Below, piece by piece: positions 14,401-29,985 of a stretch of 64,000 nucleotides of DNA (the first letter of the stretch is position 1; every line of letters starts with the position of its first letter). Below the pieces are notes generated by a model that was given only the letters and a program-made list of their open reading frames with translations, ran no database searches and was not told where the DNA came from. The position numbers were made by a program, and so were the translations under genes. Origin of the DNA: Nemertoderma westbladi (Eukaryota; Animalia; Xenacoelomorpha); NCBI GenBank assembly GCA_032718475.1, contig JAUCBJ010003374.1, positions 1-64,000 of the forward strand, given 5' to 3'.

Positions 14401-17400
14401 GGACGTATAAGTGGATATACGAACTGAAAATGGTGGAATGTACACTGTACTGACGTATAAGTGGATATACGAACTGAGAAAATGGTGGAATGTACACTGT
14501 ACTGACGTATAAGTGGATATACGAACTGAGAAAATGGTGGAATGTACACTGTACGGACGTATAAGTGGATATACGAACTGAGAAAATGGTGGAATGTACA
14601 CTGTACGGACGTATAAGTGGAGATACGAACTGAGAAAATGGTGGAATGTACACTGTACTGACGTATAAGTGGATATACGAACTGAGAAAATGGTGGAATG
14701 TACACTGTACGGACGTATAAGTGGATATCCGAACTGAGAAAATGGTGGAATGTACACTGTACGGACGTATAAGTGGAGATACGAACTGAGAAAATGGTGG
14801 AATGTACACTGTACGGACGTATAAGTGGATATCCGAACTGAGAAAATGGTGGAATGTACACTGTACGGACGTATAAGTGGAGATACGAACTGAGAAAATG
14901 GTGGAATGTACACTGTACGGACGTATAAGTGGAGATACGAACTGAGAAAATGGTGGAATGTACACTGTACGGACGTATAAGTGGAGATACGAACTGAGAA
15001 AATGGTGGAATGTACACTGTACGGACGTATAAGTGGAGATACGAACTGAGAAAATGGTGGAATGTACACTGTACGGACGTATAAGTGGAGATACGAACTG
15101 AGAAAATGGTGGAATGTACACTGTACGGACGTATAAGTGGATATACGAACTGAGAAAATGGTGGAATGTACACTGTACGGACGTATAAGTGGAGATACGA
15201 ACTGAGAAAATGGTGGAATGTACACTGTACGGACGTATAAGTGGAGATACGAACTGAGAAAATGGTGGAATGTACACTGTACGGACGTATAAGTGGAGAT
15301 ACGAACTGAGAAAATGGTGGAATGTACACTGTACGGACGTATAAGTGGAGATACGAACTGAGAAAATGGTGGAATGTACACTGTACGGACGTATAAGTGG
15401 AGATACGAACTGAGAAAATGGTGGAATGTACACTGTACGGACGTATAAGTGGAGATACGAACTGAGAAAATGGTGGAATGTACACTGTACGGACGTATAA
15501 GTGGAGATACGAACTGAGAAAATGGTGGAATGTACACTGTACGGACGTATAAGTGGAGATACGAACTGAGAAAATGGTGGAATGTACACTGTACGGACGT
15601 ATAAGTGGAGATACGAACTGAGAAAATGGTGGAATGTACACTGTACGGACGTATAAGTGGATATACGAACTGAGAAAATGGTGGAATGTACACTGTACGG
15701 ACGTATAAGTGGAGATACGAACTGAGAAAATGGTGGAATGTACACTGTACGGACGTATAAGTGGAGATACGAACTGAGAAAATGGTGGAATGTACACTGT
15801 ACGGACGTATAAGTGGAGATACGAACTGAGAAAATGGTGGAATGTACACTGTACGGACGTATAAGTGGATATCCGAACTGAGAAAATGGTGGAATGTACA
15901 CTGTACGGACGTATAAGTGGAGATACGAACTGAGAAAATGGTGGAATGTACACTGTACGGACGTATAAGTGGATATACGAACTGAGAAAATGGTGGAATG
16001 TACACTGTACGGACGTATAAGTGGAGATACGAACTGAGAAAATGGTGGAATGTACACTGTACGGACGTATAAGTGGAGATACGAACTGAGAAAATGGTGG
16101 AATGTACACTGTACGGACGTATAAGTGGAGATACGAACTGAGAAAATGGTGGAATGTACACTGTACGGACGTATAAGTGGATATACGAACTGAGAAAATG
16201 GTGGAATGTACACTGTACGGACGTATAAGTGGAGATACGAACTGAGAAAATGGTGGAATGTACACTGTACGGACGTATAAGTGGAGATACGAACTGAGAA
16301 AATGGTGGAATGTACACTGTACTGACGTATAAGTGGATATACGAACTGAGAAAATGGTGGAATGTACACTGTACGGACGTATAAGTGGAGATACGAACTG
16401 AGAAAATGGTGGAATGTACACTGTACTGACGTATAAGTGGATATACGAACTGAGAAAATGGTGGAATGTACACTGTACGGACGTATAAGTGGAGATACGA
16501 ACTGAGAAAATGGTGGAATGTACACTGTACGGACGTATAAGTGGAGATACGAACTGAGAAAATGGTGGAATGTACACTGTACGGACGTATAAGTGGATAT
16601 ACGAACTGAGAAAATGGTGGAATGTATACTGTACTGACGTATAAGTGGAGATACGAACTGAGAAAATGGTGGAATGTACACTGTACGGACGTATAAGTGG
16701 AGATACGAACTGAGAAAATGGTGGAATGTACACTGTACGGACGTATAAGTGGATATACGAACTGAAAATGGTGGAATGTACACTGTACTGACGTATAAGT
16801 GGATATACGAACTGAGAAAATGGTGGAATGTACACTGTACTGACGTATAAGTGGATATACGAACTGAGAAAATGGTGGAATGTACACTGTACTGACGTAT
16901 AAGTGGATATACGAACTGAGAAAATGGTGGAATGTACACTGTACTGACGTATAAGTGGATATACGAACTGAGAAAATGGTGGAATGTACACTGTACGGAC
17001 GTATAAGTGGATATACGAACTGAGAAAATGGTGGAATGTACACTGTACTGACGTATAAGTGGAGATACGAACTGAGAAAATGGTGGAATGTACACTGTAC
17101 GGACGTATAAGTGGAGATACGAACTGAGAAAATGGTGGAATGTACACTGTACGGACGTATAAGTGGAGATACGAACTGAGAAAATGGTGGAATGTACACT
17201 GTACTGACGTATAAGTGGAGATACGAACTGAGAAAATGGTGGAATGTACACTGTACGGACGTATAAGTGGAGATACGAACTGAGAAAATGGTGGAATGTA
17301 CACTGTACGGACGTATAAGTGGAGATACGAACTGAGAAAATGGTGGAATGTACACTGTACGGACGTATAAGTGGAGATACGAACTGAGAAAATGGTGGAA

Positions 17401-20400
17401 TGTACACTGTACTGACGTATAAGTGGATATACGAACTGAGAAAATGGTGGAATGTACACTGTACGGACGTATAAGTGGATATACGAACTGAGAAAATGGT
17501 GGAATGTACACTGTACTGACGTATAAGTGGAGATACGAACTGAGAAAATGGTGGAATGTACACTGTACGGACGTATAAGTGGAGATACGAACTGAGAAAA
17601 TGGTGGAATGTACACTGTACGGACGTATAAGTGGAGATACGAACTGAGAAAATGGTGGAATGTACACTGTACTGACGTATAAGTGGAGATACGAACTGAG
17701 AAAATGGTGGAATGTACACTGTACGGACGTATAAGTGGAGATACGAACTGAGAAAATGGTGGAATGTACACTGTACGGACGTATAAGTGGATATACGAAC
17801 TGAGAAAATGGTGGAATGTACACTGTACGGACGTATAAGTGGAGATACGAACTGAGAAAATGGTGGAATGTACACTGTACGGACGTATAAGTGGAGATAC
17901 GAACTGAGAAAATGGTGGAATGTACACTGTACGGACGTATAAGTGGATATACGAACTGAGAAAATGGTGGAATGTACACTGTACGGACGTATAAGTGGAT
18001 ATACGAACTGAGAAAATGGTGGAATGTACACTGTACGGACGTATAAGTGGAGATACGAACTGAGAAAATGGTGGAATGTACACTGTACGGACGTATAAGT
18101 GGAGATACGAACTGAGAAAATGGTGGAATGTACACTGTACGGACGTATAAGTGGATATACGAACTGAGAAAATGGTGGAATGTACACTGTACGGACGTAT
18201 AAGTGGAGATACGAACTGAGAAAATGGTGGAATGTACACTGTACGGACGTATAAGTGGATATACGAACTGAGAAAATGGTGGAATGTACACTGTACGGAC
18301 GTATAAGTGGATATACGAACTGAGAAAATGGTGGAATGTACACTGTACGGACGTATAAGTGGAGATACGAACTGAGAAAATGGTGGAATGTACACTGTAC
18401 TGACGTATAAGTGGAGATACGAACTGAGAAAATGGTGGAATGTACACTGTACTGACGTATAAGTGGATATACGAACTGAGAAAATGGTGGAATGTACACT
18501 GTACGGACGTATAAGTGGAGATACGAACTGAGAAAATGGTGGAATGTACACTGTACGGACGTATAAGTGGATATACGAACTGAAATGGTGGAATGTACAC
18601 TGTACTGACGTATAAGTGGATATACGAACTGAGAAAATGGTGGAATGTACACTGTACGGACGTATAAGTGGAGATACGAACTGAGAAAATGGTGGAATGT
18701 ACACTGTACGGACGTATAAGTGGATATACGAACTGAGAAAATGGTGGAATGTACACTGTACTGACGTATAAGTGGAGATACGAACTGAGAAAATGGTGGA
18801 ATGTACACTGTACGGACGTATAAGTGGAGATACGAACTGAGAAAATGGTGGAATGTACACTGTACGGACGTATAAGTGGATATACGAACTGAAATGGTGG
18901 AATGTACACTGTACTGACGTATAAGTGGATATACGAACTGAGAAAATGGTGGAATGTACACTGTACTGACGTATAAGTGGATATACGAACTGAGAAAATG
19001 GTGGAATGTACACTGTACTGACGTATAAGTGGATATACGAACTGAGAAAATGGTGGAATGTACACTGTACTGACGTATAAGTGGATATACGAACTGAGAA
19101 AATGGTGGAATGTACACTGTACTGACGTATAAGTGGATATACGAACTGAGAAAATGGTGGAATGTACACTGTACTGACGTATAAGTGGATATACGAACTG
19201 AGAAAATGGTGGAATGTACACTGTACTGACGTATAAGTGGATATACGAACTGAGAAAATGGTGGAATGTACACTGTACTGACGTATAAGTGGATATACGA
19301 ACTGAGAAAATGGTGGAATGTACACTGTACTGACGTATAAGTGGATATACGAACTGAGAAAATGGTGGAATGTACACTGTACTGACGTATAAGTGGATAT
19401 ACGAACTGAGAAAATGGTGGAATGTACACTGTACGGACGTATAAGTGGAGATACGAACTGAGAAAATGGTGGAATGTACACTGTACTGACGTATAAGTGG
19501 AGATACGAACTGAGAAAATGGTGGAATGTACACTGTACGGACGTATAAGTGGAGATACGAACTGAGAAAATGGTGGAATGTACACTGTACTGACGTATAA
19601 GTGGAGATACGAACTGAGAAAATGGTGGAATGTACACTGTACGGACGTATAAGTGGAGATACGAACTGAGAAAATGGTGGAATGTACACTGTACTGACGT
19701 ATAAGTGGAGATACGAACTGAGAAAATGGTGGAATGTACACTGTACGGACGTATAAGTGGAGATACGAACTGAGAAAATGGTGGAATGTACACTGTACGG
19801 ACGTATAAGTGGAGATACGAACTGAGAAAATGGTGGAATGTACACTGTACGGACGTATAAGTGGAGATACGAACTGAGAAAATGGTGGAATGTACACTGT
19901 ACTGACGTATAAGTGGATATACGAACTGAGAAAATGGTGGAATGTACACTGTACGGACGTATAAGTGGAGATACGAACTGAGAAAATGGTGGAATGTACA
20001 CTGTACGGACGTATAAGTGGAGATACGAACTGAGAAAATGGTGGAATGTACACTGTACGGACGTATAAGTAGATATACGAACTGAAATGGTGGAATGTAC
20101 ACTGTACGGACGTATAAGTGGATATACGAACTGAGAAAATGGTGGAATGTACACTGTACTGACGTATAAGTGGATATACGAACTGAAATGGTGGAATGTA
20201 CACTGTACTGACGTATAAGTGGATATACGAACTGAGAAAATGGTGGAATGTACACTGTACTGACGTATAAGTGGATATACGAACTGAGAAAATGGTGGAA
20301 TGTACACTGTACGGACGTATAAGTGGAGATACGAACTGAGAAAATGGTGGAATGTACACTGTACGGACGTATAAGTGGAGATACGAACTGAGAAAATGGT

Positions 20401-23400
20401 GGAATGTACACTGTACGGACGTATAAGTGGATATACGAACTGAAATGGTGGAATGTACACTGTACGGACGTATAAGTGGATATACGAACTGAAATGGTGG
20501 AATGTACACTGTACTGACGTATAAGTGGATATACGAACTGAGAAAATGGTGGAATGTACACTGTACTGACGTATAAGTGGATATACGAACTGAGAAAATG
20601 GTGGAATGTACACTGTACGGACGTATAAGTGGAGATACGAACTGAGAAAATGGTGGAATGTACACTGTACGGACGTATAAGTGGAGATACGAACTGAGAA
20701 AATGGTGGAATGTACACTGTACGGACGTATAAGTGGATATACGAACTGAGAAAATGGTGGAATGTACACTGTACGGACGTATAAGTGGATATACGAACTG
20801 AAATGGTGGAATGTACACTGTATTGACGTATAAGTGGATATACGAACTGAGAAAATGGTGGAATGTACACTGTACGGACGTATAAGTGGATATACGAACT
20901 GAGAAAATGGTGGAATGTACACTGTACGGACGTATAAGTGGAGATACGAACTGAGAAAATGGTGGAATGTACACTGTACTGACGTATAAGTGGATATACG
21001 AACTGAGAAAATGGTGGAATGTACACTGTACGGACGTATAAGTGGATATACGAACTGAGAAAATGGTGGAATGTACACTGTACGGACGTATAAGTGGAGA
21101 TACGAACTGAGAAAATGGTGGAATGTCCACTGTACTGACGTATAAGTGGAGATACGAACTGAGAAAATGGTGGAATGTACACTGTACTGACGTATAAGTG
21201 GATATACGAACTGAGAAAATGGTGGAATGTACACTGTACGGACGTATAAGTGGATATACGAACTGAGAAAATGGTGGAATGTACACTGTACTGACGTATA
21301 AGTGGATATACGAACTGAGAAAATGGTGGAATGTACACTGTACGGACGTATAAGTGGATATACGAACTGAGAAAATGGTGGAATGTACACTGTACTGACG
21401 TATAAGTGGAGATACGAACTGAGAAAATGGTGGAATGTACACTGTACTGACGTATAAGTGGAGATACGAACTGAGAAAATGGTGGAATGTACACTGTACG
21501 GACGTATAAGTGGAGATCCGAACTGAGAAAATGGTGGAATGTACACTGTACGGACGTATAAGTGGATATACGAACTGAGAAAATGGTGGAATGTACACTG
21601 TACGGACGTATAAGTGGATATACGAACTGAAATGGTGGAATGTACACTGTACTGACGTATAAGTGGATATACGAACTGAGAAAATGGTGGAATGTACACT
21701 GTACGGACGTATAAGTGGATATATGAACTGAGAAAATGGTGGAATGTACACTGTACGGACGTATAAGTGGAGATACGAACTGAGAAAATGGTGGAATGTA
21801 CACTGTACTGACGTATAAGTGGATATACGAACTGAGAAAATGGTGTAATGTACACTGTACTGACGTATAAGTGGATATACGAACTGAGAAAATGGTGTAA
21901 TGTACACTGTACTGACGTATAAGTGGAGATTCGAACTGAGAAAATGGTGTAATGTACACTGTACTGACGTATAAGTGGATATACGAACTGAGAAAATGGT
22001 GTAATGTACACTGTACTGACGTATAAGTGGATATACGAACTGAGAAAATGGTGTAATGTACACTGCTGTACTGACGTATAAGTGGATATACGAACTGAGA
22101 AACTGGTGGAATGTACACTGTACTGACGTATAAGTGGAGATACGAACTGAGAAAATGGTGTAATGTACACTGTACTGACGTATAAGTGGATATACGAACT
22201 GAGAAAATGGTGTAATGTACACTGTACTGACGTATAAGTGGAGATACGAACTGAGAAAATGGTGGAATGTACACTGTACTGACGTATAAGTGGAGATACG
22301 AACTGAGAAAATGGTGGAATGTACACTGTACTGACGTATAAGTGGAGATTCGAACTGAGAAAATGGTGTAATGTACACTGTACTGACGTATAAGTGGATA
22401 TACGAACTGAGAAAATGGTGTAATGTACACTGTACTGACGTATAAGTGGATATACGAACTGAGAAAATGGTGTAATGTACACTGCTGTACTGACGTATAA
22501 GTGGATATACGAACTGAGAAACTGGTGGAATGTACACTGTACTGACGTATAAGTGGAGATACGAACTGAGAAAATGGTGTAATGTACACTGTACTGACGT
22601 ATAAGTGGAGATTCGAACTGAGAAAATGGTGTAATGTACACTGTACTGACGTATAAGTGGATATACGAACTGAGAAAATGGTGTAATGTACACTGTACTG
22701 ACGTATAAGTGGATATACGAACTGAGAAAATGGTGTAATGTACACTGCTGTACTGACGTATAAGTGGATATACGAACTGAGAAACTGGTGGAATGTACAC
22801 TGTACTGACGTATAAGTGGAGATACGAACTGAGAAAATGGTGTAATGTACACTGTACTGACGTATAAGTGGATATACGAACTGAGAAAATGGTGTAATGT
22901 ACACTGTACTGACGTATAAGTGGAGATACGAACTGAGAAAATGGTGGAATGTACACTGTACTGACGTATAAGTGGAGATACGAACTGAGAAAATGGTGGA
23001 ATGTACACTGTACTGACGTATAAGTGGAGATACGAACTGAGAAAATGGTGTAATGTACACTGTACTGACGTATAAGTGGAGATACGAACTGAGAAAATGG
23101 TGGAATGTACACTGTACTGACGTATAAGTGGAGATACGAACTGAGAAAATGGTGGAATGTACACTGTACTGACGTATAAGTGGAGATACGAACTGAGAAA
23201 ATGGTGGAATGTACACTGTACTGACGTATAAGTGGAGATACGAACTGAGAAAATGGTGGAATGTACACTGTACTGACGTATAAGTGGATATACGAACTGA
23301 GAAAATGGTGGAATGTATACTGTACGGACGTATAAGTGGAGATACGAACTGAGAAAATGGTGGAATGTACACTGTACTGACGTATAAGTGGAGATACGAA

Positions 23401-26400
23401 CTGAGAAAATGGTGTAATGTACACTGTACGGACGTATAAGTGGAGATACGAACTGAGAAAATGGTGGAATGTACACTGTACTGACGTATAAGTGGATATA
23501 CGAACTGAGAAAATGGTGGAATGTATACTGTACGGACGTATAAGTGGAGATACGAACTGAGAAAATGGTGGAATGTACACTGTACTGACGTATAAGTGGA
23601 TATACGAACTGAGAAAATGGTGGAATGTATACTGTACTGACGTATAAGTGGATATACGAACTGAGAAAATGGTGGAATGTATACTGTACGGACGTATAAG
23701 TGGAGATACGAACTGAGAAAATGGTGGAATGTACACTGTACTGACGTATAAGTGGAGATACGAACTGATAAAATGGTGGAATGTACACTGTACTGACGTA
23801 TAAGTGGAGATACGAACTGAGAAAATGGTGGAATGTACACTGTACTGACGTATAAGTGGATATACGAACTGAGAAAATGGTGGAATGTATACTGTACGGA
23901 CGTATAAGTGGAGATACGAACTGATAAAATGGTGGAATGTACACTGTACTGACGTATAAGTGGAGATACGAACTGAGAAAATGGTGGAATGTACACTGTA
24001 CTGACGTATAAGTGGAGATACGAACTGAGAAAATGGTGGAATGTACACTGTACTGACGTATAAGTGGAGATACGAACTGAGAAAATGGTGGAATGTACAC
24101 TGTACGGACGTATAAGTGGAGATCCGAACTGAGAAAATGGTGGAATGTACACTGTACGGACGTATAAGTGGATATACGAACTGAGAAAATGGTGGAATGT
24201 ACACTGTACGGACGTATAAGTGGATATACGAACTGAAATGGTGGAATGTACACTGTACTGACGTATAAGTGGATATACGAACTGAGAAAATGGTGGAATG
24301 TACACTGTACGGACGTATAAGTGGATATATGAACTGAGAAAATGGTGGAATGTACACTGTACGGACGTATAAGTGGAGATACGAACTGAGAAAATGGTGG
24401 AATGTACACTGTACTGACGTATAAGTGGATATACGAACTGAGAAAATGGTGTAATGTACACTGTACTGACGTATAAGTGGATATACGAACTGAGAAAATG
24501 GTGTAATGTACACTGTACTGACGTATAAGTGGAGATTCGAACTGAGAAAATGGTGTAATGTACACTGTACTGACGTATAAGTGGATATACGAACTGAGAA
24601 AATGGTGTAATGTACACTGTACTGACGTATAAGTGGATATACGAACTGAGAAAATGGTGTAATGTACACTGCTGTACTGACGTATAAGTGGATATACGAA
24701 CTGAGAAACTGGTGGAATGTACACTGTACTGACGTATAAGTGGAGATACGAACTGAGAAAATGGTGTAATGTACACTGTACTGACGTATAAGTGGATATA
24801 CGAACTGAGAAAATGGTGTAATGTACACTGTACTGACGTATAAGTGGAGATACGAACTGAGAAAATGGTGGAATGTACACTGTACTGACGTATAAGTGGA
24901 GATACGAACTGAGAAAATGGTGGAATGTACACTGTACTGACGTATAAGTGGAGATACGAACTGAGAAAATGGTGGAATGTACACTGTACTGACGTATAAG
25001 TGGAGATACGAACTGAGAAAATGGTGGAATGTACACTGTACTGACGTATAAGTGGAGATACGAACTGAGAAAATGGTGGAATGTACACTGTACTGACGTA
25101 TAAGTGGATATACGAACTGAGAAAATGGTGGAATGTATACTGTACGGACGTATAAGTGGAGATACGAACTGAGAAAATGGTGGAATGTACACTGTACTGA
25201 CGTATAAGTGGAGATACGAACTGAGAAAATGGTGTAATGTACACTGTACGGACGTATAAGTGGAGATACGAACTGAGAAAATGGTGGAATGTACACTGTA
25301 CTGACGTATAAGTGGATATACGAACTGAGAAAATGGTGGAATGTATACTGTACGGACGTATAAGTGGAGATACGAACTGAGAAAATGGTGGAATGTACAC
25401 TGTACTGACGTATAAGTGGATATACGAACTGAGAAAATGGTGGAATGTATACTGTACTGACGTATAAGTGGATATACGAACTGAGAAAATGGTGGAATGT
25501 ATACTGTACGGACGTATAAGTGGAGATACGAACTGAGAAAATGGTGGAATGTACACTGTACTGACGTATAAGTGGAGATACGAACTGATAAAATGGTGGA
25601 ATGTACACTGTACTGACGTATAAGTGGAGATACGAACTGAGAAAATGGTGGAATGTACACTGTACTGACGTATAAGTGGATATACGAACTGAGAAAATGG
25701 TGGAATGTATACTGTACGGACGTATAAGTGGAGATACGAACTGATAAAATGGTGGAATGTACACTGTACTGACGTATAAGTGGAGATACGAACTGAGAAA
25801 ATGGTGGAATGTACACTGTACTGACGTATAAGTGGAGATACGAACTGAGAAAATGGTGGAATGTACACTGTACTGACGTATAAGTGGAGATACGAACTGA
25901 GAAAATGGTGGAATGTACACTGTACTGACGTATAAGTGGAGATACGAACTGAGAAAATGGTGGAATGTACACTGTACTGACGTATAAGTGGAGATACGAA
26001 CTGAGAAAATGGTGTAATGTACACTGTACTGACGTATAAGTGGAGATACGAACTGAGAAAATGGTGGAATGTACACTGTACTGACGTATAAGTGGAGATA
26101 CGAACTGAGAAAATGGTGGAATGTACACTGTACTGACGTATAAGTGGATATACGAACTGAGAAACTGGTGGAATGTACACTGTACGGACGTATAAGTGGA
26201 GATACGAACTGAGAAAATGGTGGAATGTACACTGTACTGACGTATAAGTGGATATACGAACTGAGAAACTGGTGGAATGTACACTGTACGGACGTATAAG
26301 TGGAGATACGAACTGATAAAATGGTGGAATGTACACTGTACTGACGTATAAGTGGATATACGAACTGAGAAAATGGTGGAATGTACACTGTACTGACGTA

Positions 26401-29400
26401 TAAGTGGAGATACGAACTGAGAAACTGGTGGAATGTACACTGTACGGACGTATAAGTGGAGATACGAACTGATAAAATGGTGGAATGTACACTGTACTGA
26501 CGTATAAGTGGATATACGAACTGAGAAAATGGTGGAATGTACACTGTACTGACGTATAAGTGGAGATACGAACTGAGAAAATGGTGGAATGTATACTGTA
26601 CTGACGTATAAGTGGAGATACGAACTGAGAAAATGGTGGAATGTATACTGTACTGACGTATAAGTGGAGATACGAACTGAGAAAATGGTGGAATGTACAC
26701 TGTACTGACGTATAAGTGGAGATACGAACTGAGAAACTGGTGGAATGTACACTGTACGGACGTATAAGTGGAGATACGAACTGATAAAATGGTGGAATGT
26801 ACACTGTACTGACGTATAAGTGGATATACGAACTGAGAAAATGGTGGAATGTACACTGTACTGACGTATAAGTGGAGATACGAACTGAGAAACTGGTGGA
26901 ATGTACACTGTACGGACGTATAAGTGGAGATACGAACTGATAAAATGGTGGAATGTACACTGTACTGACGTATAAGTGGATATACGAACTGAGAAAATGG
27001 TGGAATGTACACTGTACTGACGTATAAGTGGAGATACGAACTGAGAAAATGGTGGAATGTATACTGTACTGACGTATAAGTGGAGATACGAACTGAAAAA
27101 ATGGTGGAATGTATACTGTACTGACGTATAAGTGGAGATACGAACTGAGAAAATGGTGGAATGTACACTGTACGGACGTATAAGTGGAGATACGAACTGA
27201 GAAACTGGTGGAATGTATACTGTACTGACGTATAAGTGGAGATACGAACTGATAAAATGGTGGAATGTACACTGTACTGACGTATAAGTGGATATACGAA
27301 CTGAGAAACTGGTGGAATGTACACTGTACTGACGTATAAGTGGAGATACGAATTGATAAAATGGTGGAATGTACACTGTACTGACGTATAAGTGGATATA
27401 CGAACTGAGAAAATGGTGGAATGTACACTGTACGGACGTATAAGTGGAGATACGAACTGAGAAAATGGTGGAATGTACACTGTACTGACGTATAAGTGGA
27501 TATACGAACTGAGAAACTGGTGGAATGTATACTGTACTGACGTATAAGTGGAGATACGAACTGATAAAATGGTGGAATGTACACTGTACTGACGTATAAG
27601 TGGATATACGAACTGAGAAACTGGTGGAATGTACACTGTACTGACGTATAAGTGGAGATACGAATTGATAAAATGGTGGAATGTACACTGTACTGACGTA
27701 TAAGTGGATATACGAACTGAGAAAATGGTGGAATGTACACTGTACTGACGTATAAGTGGATATACGAACTGAGAAAATGGTGGAATGTACACTGTACGGA
27801 CGTATAAGTGGAGATACGAACTGAGAAAATGGTGGAATGTATACTGTACTGACGTATAAGTGGATATACGAACTGAGAAAATGGTGTAATGTACACTGTA
27901 CTGACGTATAAGTGGAGATACGAACTGAGAAAATGGTGGAATGTACACTGTACTGACGTATAAGTGGATATACGAACTGAGAAAATGGTGGAATGTACAC
28001 TGTACTGACGTATAAGTGGAGATACGAACTGAGAAAATGGTGGAATGTACACTGTACGGACGTATAAGTGGAGATACGAACTGAGAAAATGGTGGAATGT
28101 ACACTGTACGGACGTATAAGTGGAGATACGAACTGAGAAAATGGTGGAATGTACACTGTACTGACGTATAAGTGGAGATACGAACTGAGAAAATGGTGGA
28201 ATGTACACTGTACGGACGTATAAGTGGAGATACGAACTGAGAAAATGGTGGAATGTACACTGTACTGACGTATAAGTGGATATACGAACTGAGAAAATGG
28301 TGGAATGTATACTGTACGGACGTATAAGTGGAGATACGAACTGAGAAAATGGTGGAATGTATACTGTACTGACGTATAAGTGGATATACGAACTGAGAAA
28401 ATGGTGTAATGTACACTGTACTGACGTATAAGTGGAGATACGAACTGAGAAAATGGTGGAATGTACACTGTACTGACGTATAAGTGGATATACGAACTGA
28501 GAAAATGGTGGAATGTACACTGTACTGACGTATAAGTGGAGATACGAACTGAGAAAATGGTGGAATGTACACTGTACGGACGTATAAGTGGAGATACGAA
28601 CTGAGAAAATGGTGGAATGTACACTGTACGGACGTATAAGTGGAGATACGAACTGAGAAAATGGTGGAATGTACACTGTACTGACGTATAAGTGGAGATA
28701 CGAACTGAGAAAATGGTGGAATGTATACTGTACGGACGTATAAGTGGAGATACGAACTGAGAAAATGGTGGAATGTACACTGTACTGACGTATAAGTGGA
28801 TATACGAACTGAGAAAATGGTGGAATGTACACTGTACGGACGTATAAGTGGAGATACGAACTGAGAAAATGGTGGAATGTACACTGTACTGACGTATAAG
28901 TGGATATACGAACTGAGAAACTGGTGGAATGTATACTGTACTGACGTATAAGTGGAGATACGAACTGAGAAAATGGTGGAATGTACACTGTACTGACGTA
29001 TAAGTGGAGATACGAACTGAGAAAATGGTGGAATGTACACTGTACTGACGTATAAGTGGATATACGAACTGAGAAACTGGTGGAATGTATACTGTACTGA
29101 CGTATAAGTGGAGATACGAACTGATGAAATGGTGGAATGTACACTGTACTGACGTATAAGTGGATATACGAACTGAGAAACTGGTGGAATTTATACTGTA
29201 CTGACGTATAAGTGGAGATACGAACTGAGAAAATGGTGGAATGTACACTGTACTGACGTATAAGTGGAGATACGAACTGAGAAACTGGTGGAATGTACAC
29301 TGTACGGACGTATAAGTGGAGATACGAACTGAGAAAATGGTGGAATGTACACTGTACGGACGTATAAGTGGAGATACGAACTGAGAAAATGGTGGAATGT

Positions 29401-29985
29401 ACACTGTACTGACGTATAAGTGGAGATACGAACTGAGAAAATGGTGGAATGTACACTGTACTGACGTATAAGTGGAGATACGAACTGAGAAAATGGTGGA
29501 ATGTACACTGTACGGACGTATAAGTGGAGATACGAACTGAGAAAATGGTGGAATGTACACTGTACTGACGTATAAGTGGAGATACGAACTGAGAAAATGG
29601 TGGAATGTACACTGTACTGACGTATAAGTGGATATACGAACTGAGAAACTGGTGGAATGTACACTGTACTGACGTATAAGTGGAGATACGAACTGAGAAA
29701 ATGGTGGAATGTACACTGTACTGACGTATAAGTGGATATACGAACTGAGAAACTGGTGGAATGTATACTGTACGGACGTATAAGTGGAGATACGAACTGA
29801 GAAACTGGTGGAATGTACACTGTACGGACGTATAAGTGGAGATACGAACTGATAAAATGGTGGAATGTATACTGTACTGACGTATAAGTGGAGATACGAA
29901 CTGAGAAACTGGTGGAATGTACACTGTACGGACGTATAAGTGGAGATACGAACTGATAAAATGGTGGAATGTACACTGTACGGAC
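5468..29985. repeat. 52-bp satellite array, ~470 copies (GTGGA[G/T]ATACGAACTGAGAAAATGGTGGAATGTACACTGTAC[T/G]GACGTATAA)
   Basis: Directly visible; period 52 (5471 to 5523); two common dimorphic sites plus regionally clustered rare variants. Confidence 0.98.

Noticed and set aside
5468-29985. CRISPR array
   Set aside because: No unique spacers, no cas genes, eukaryotic context
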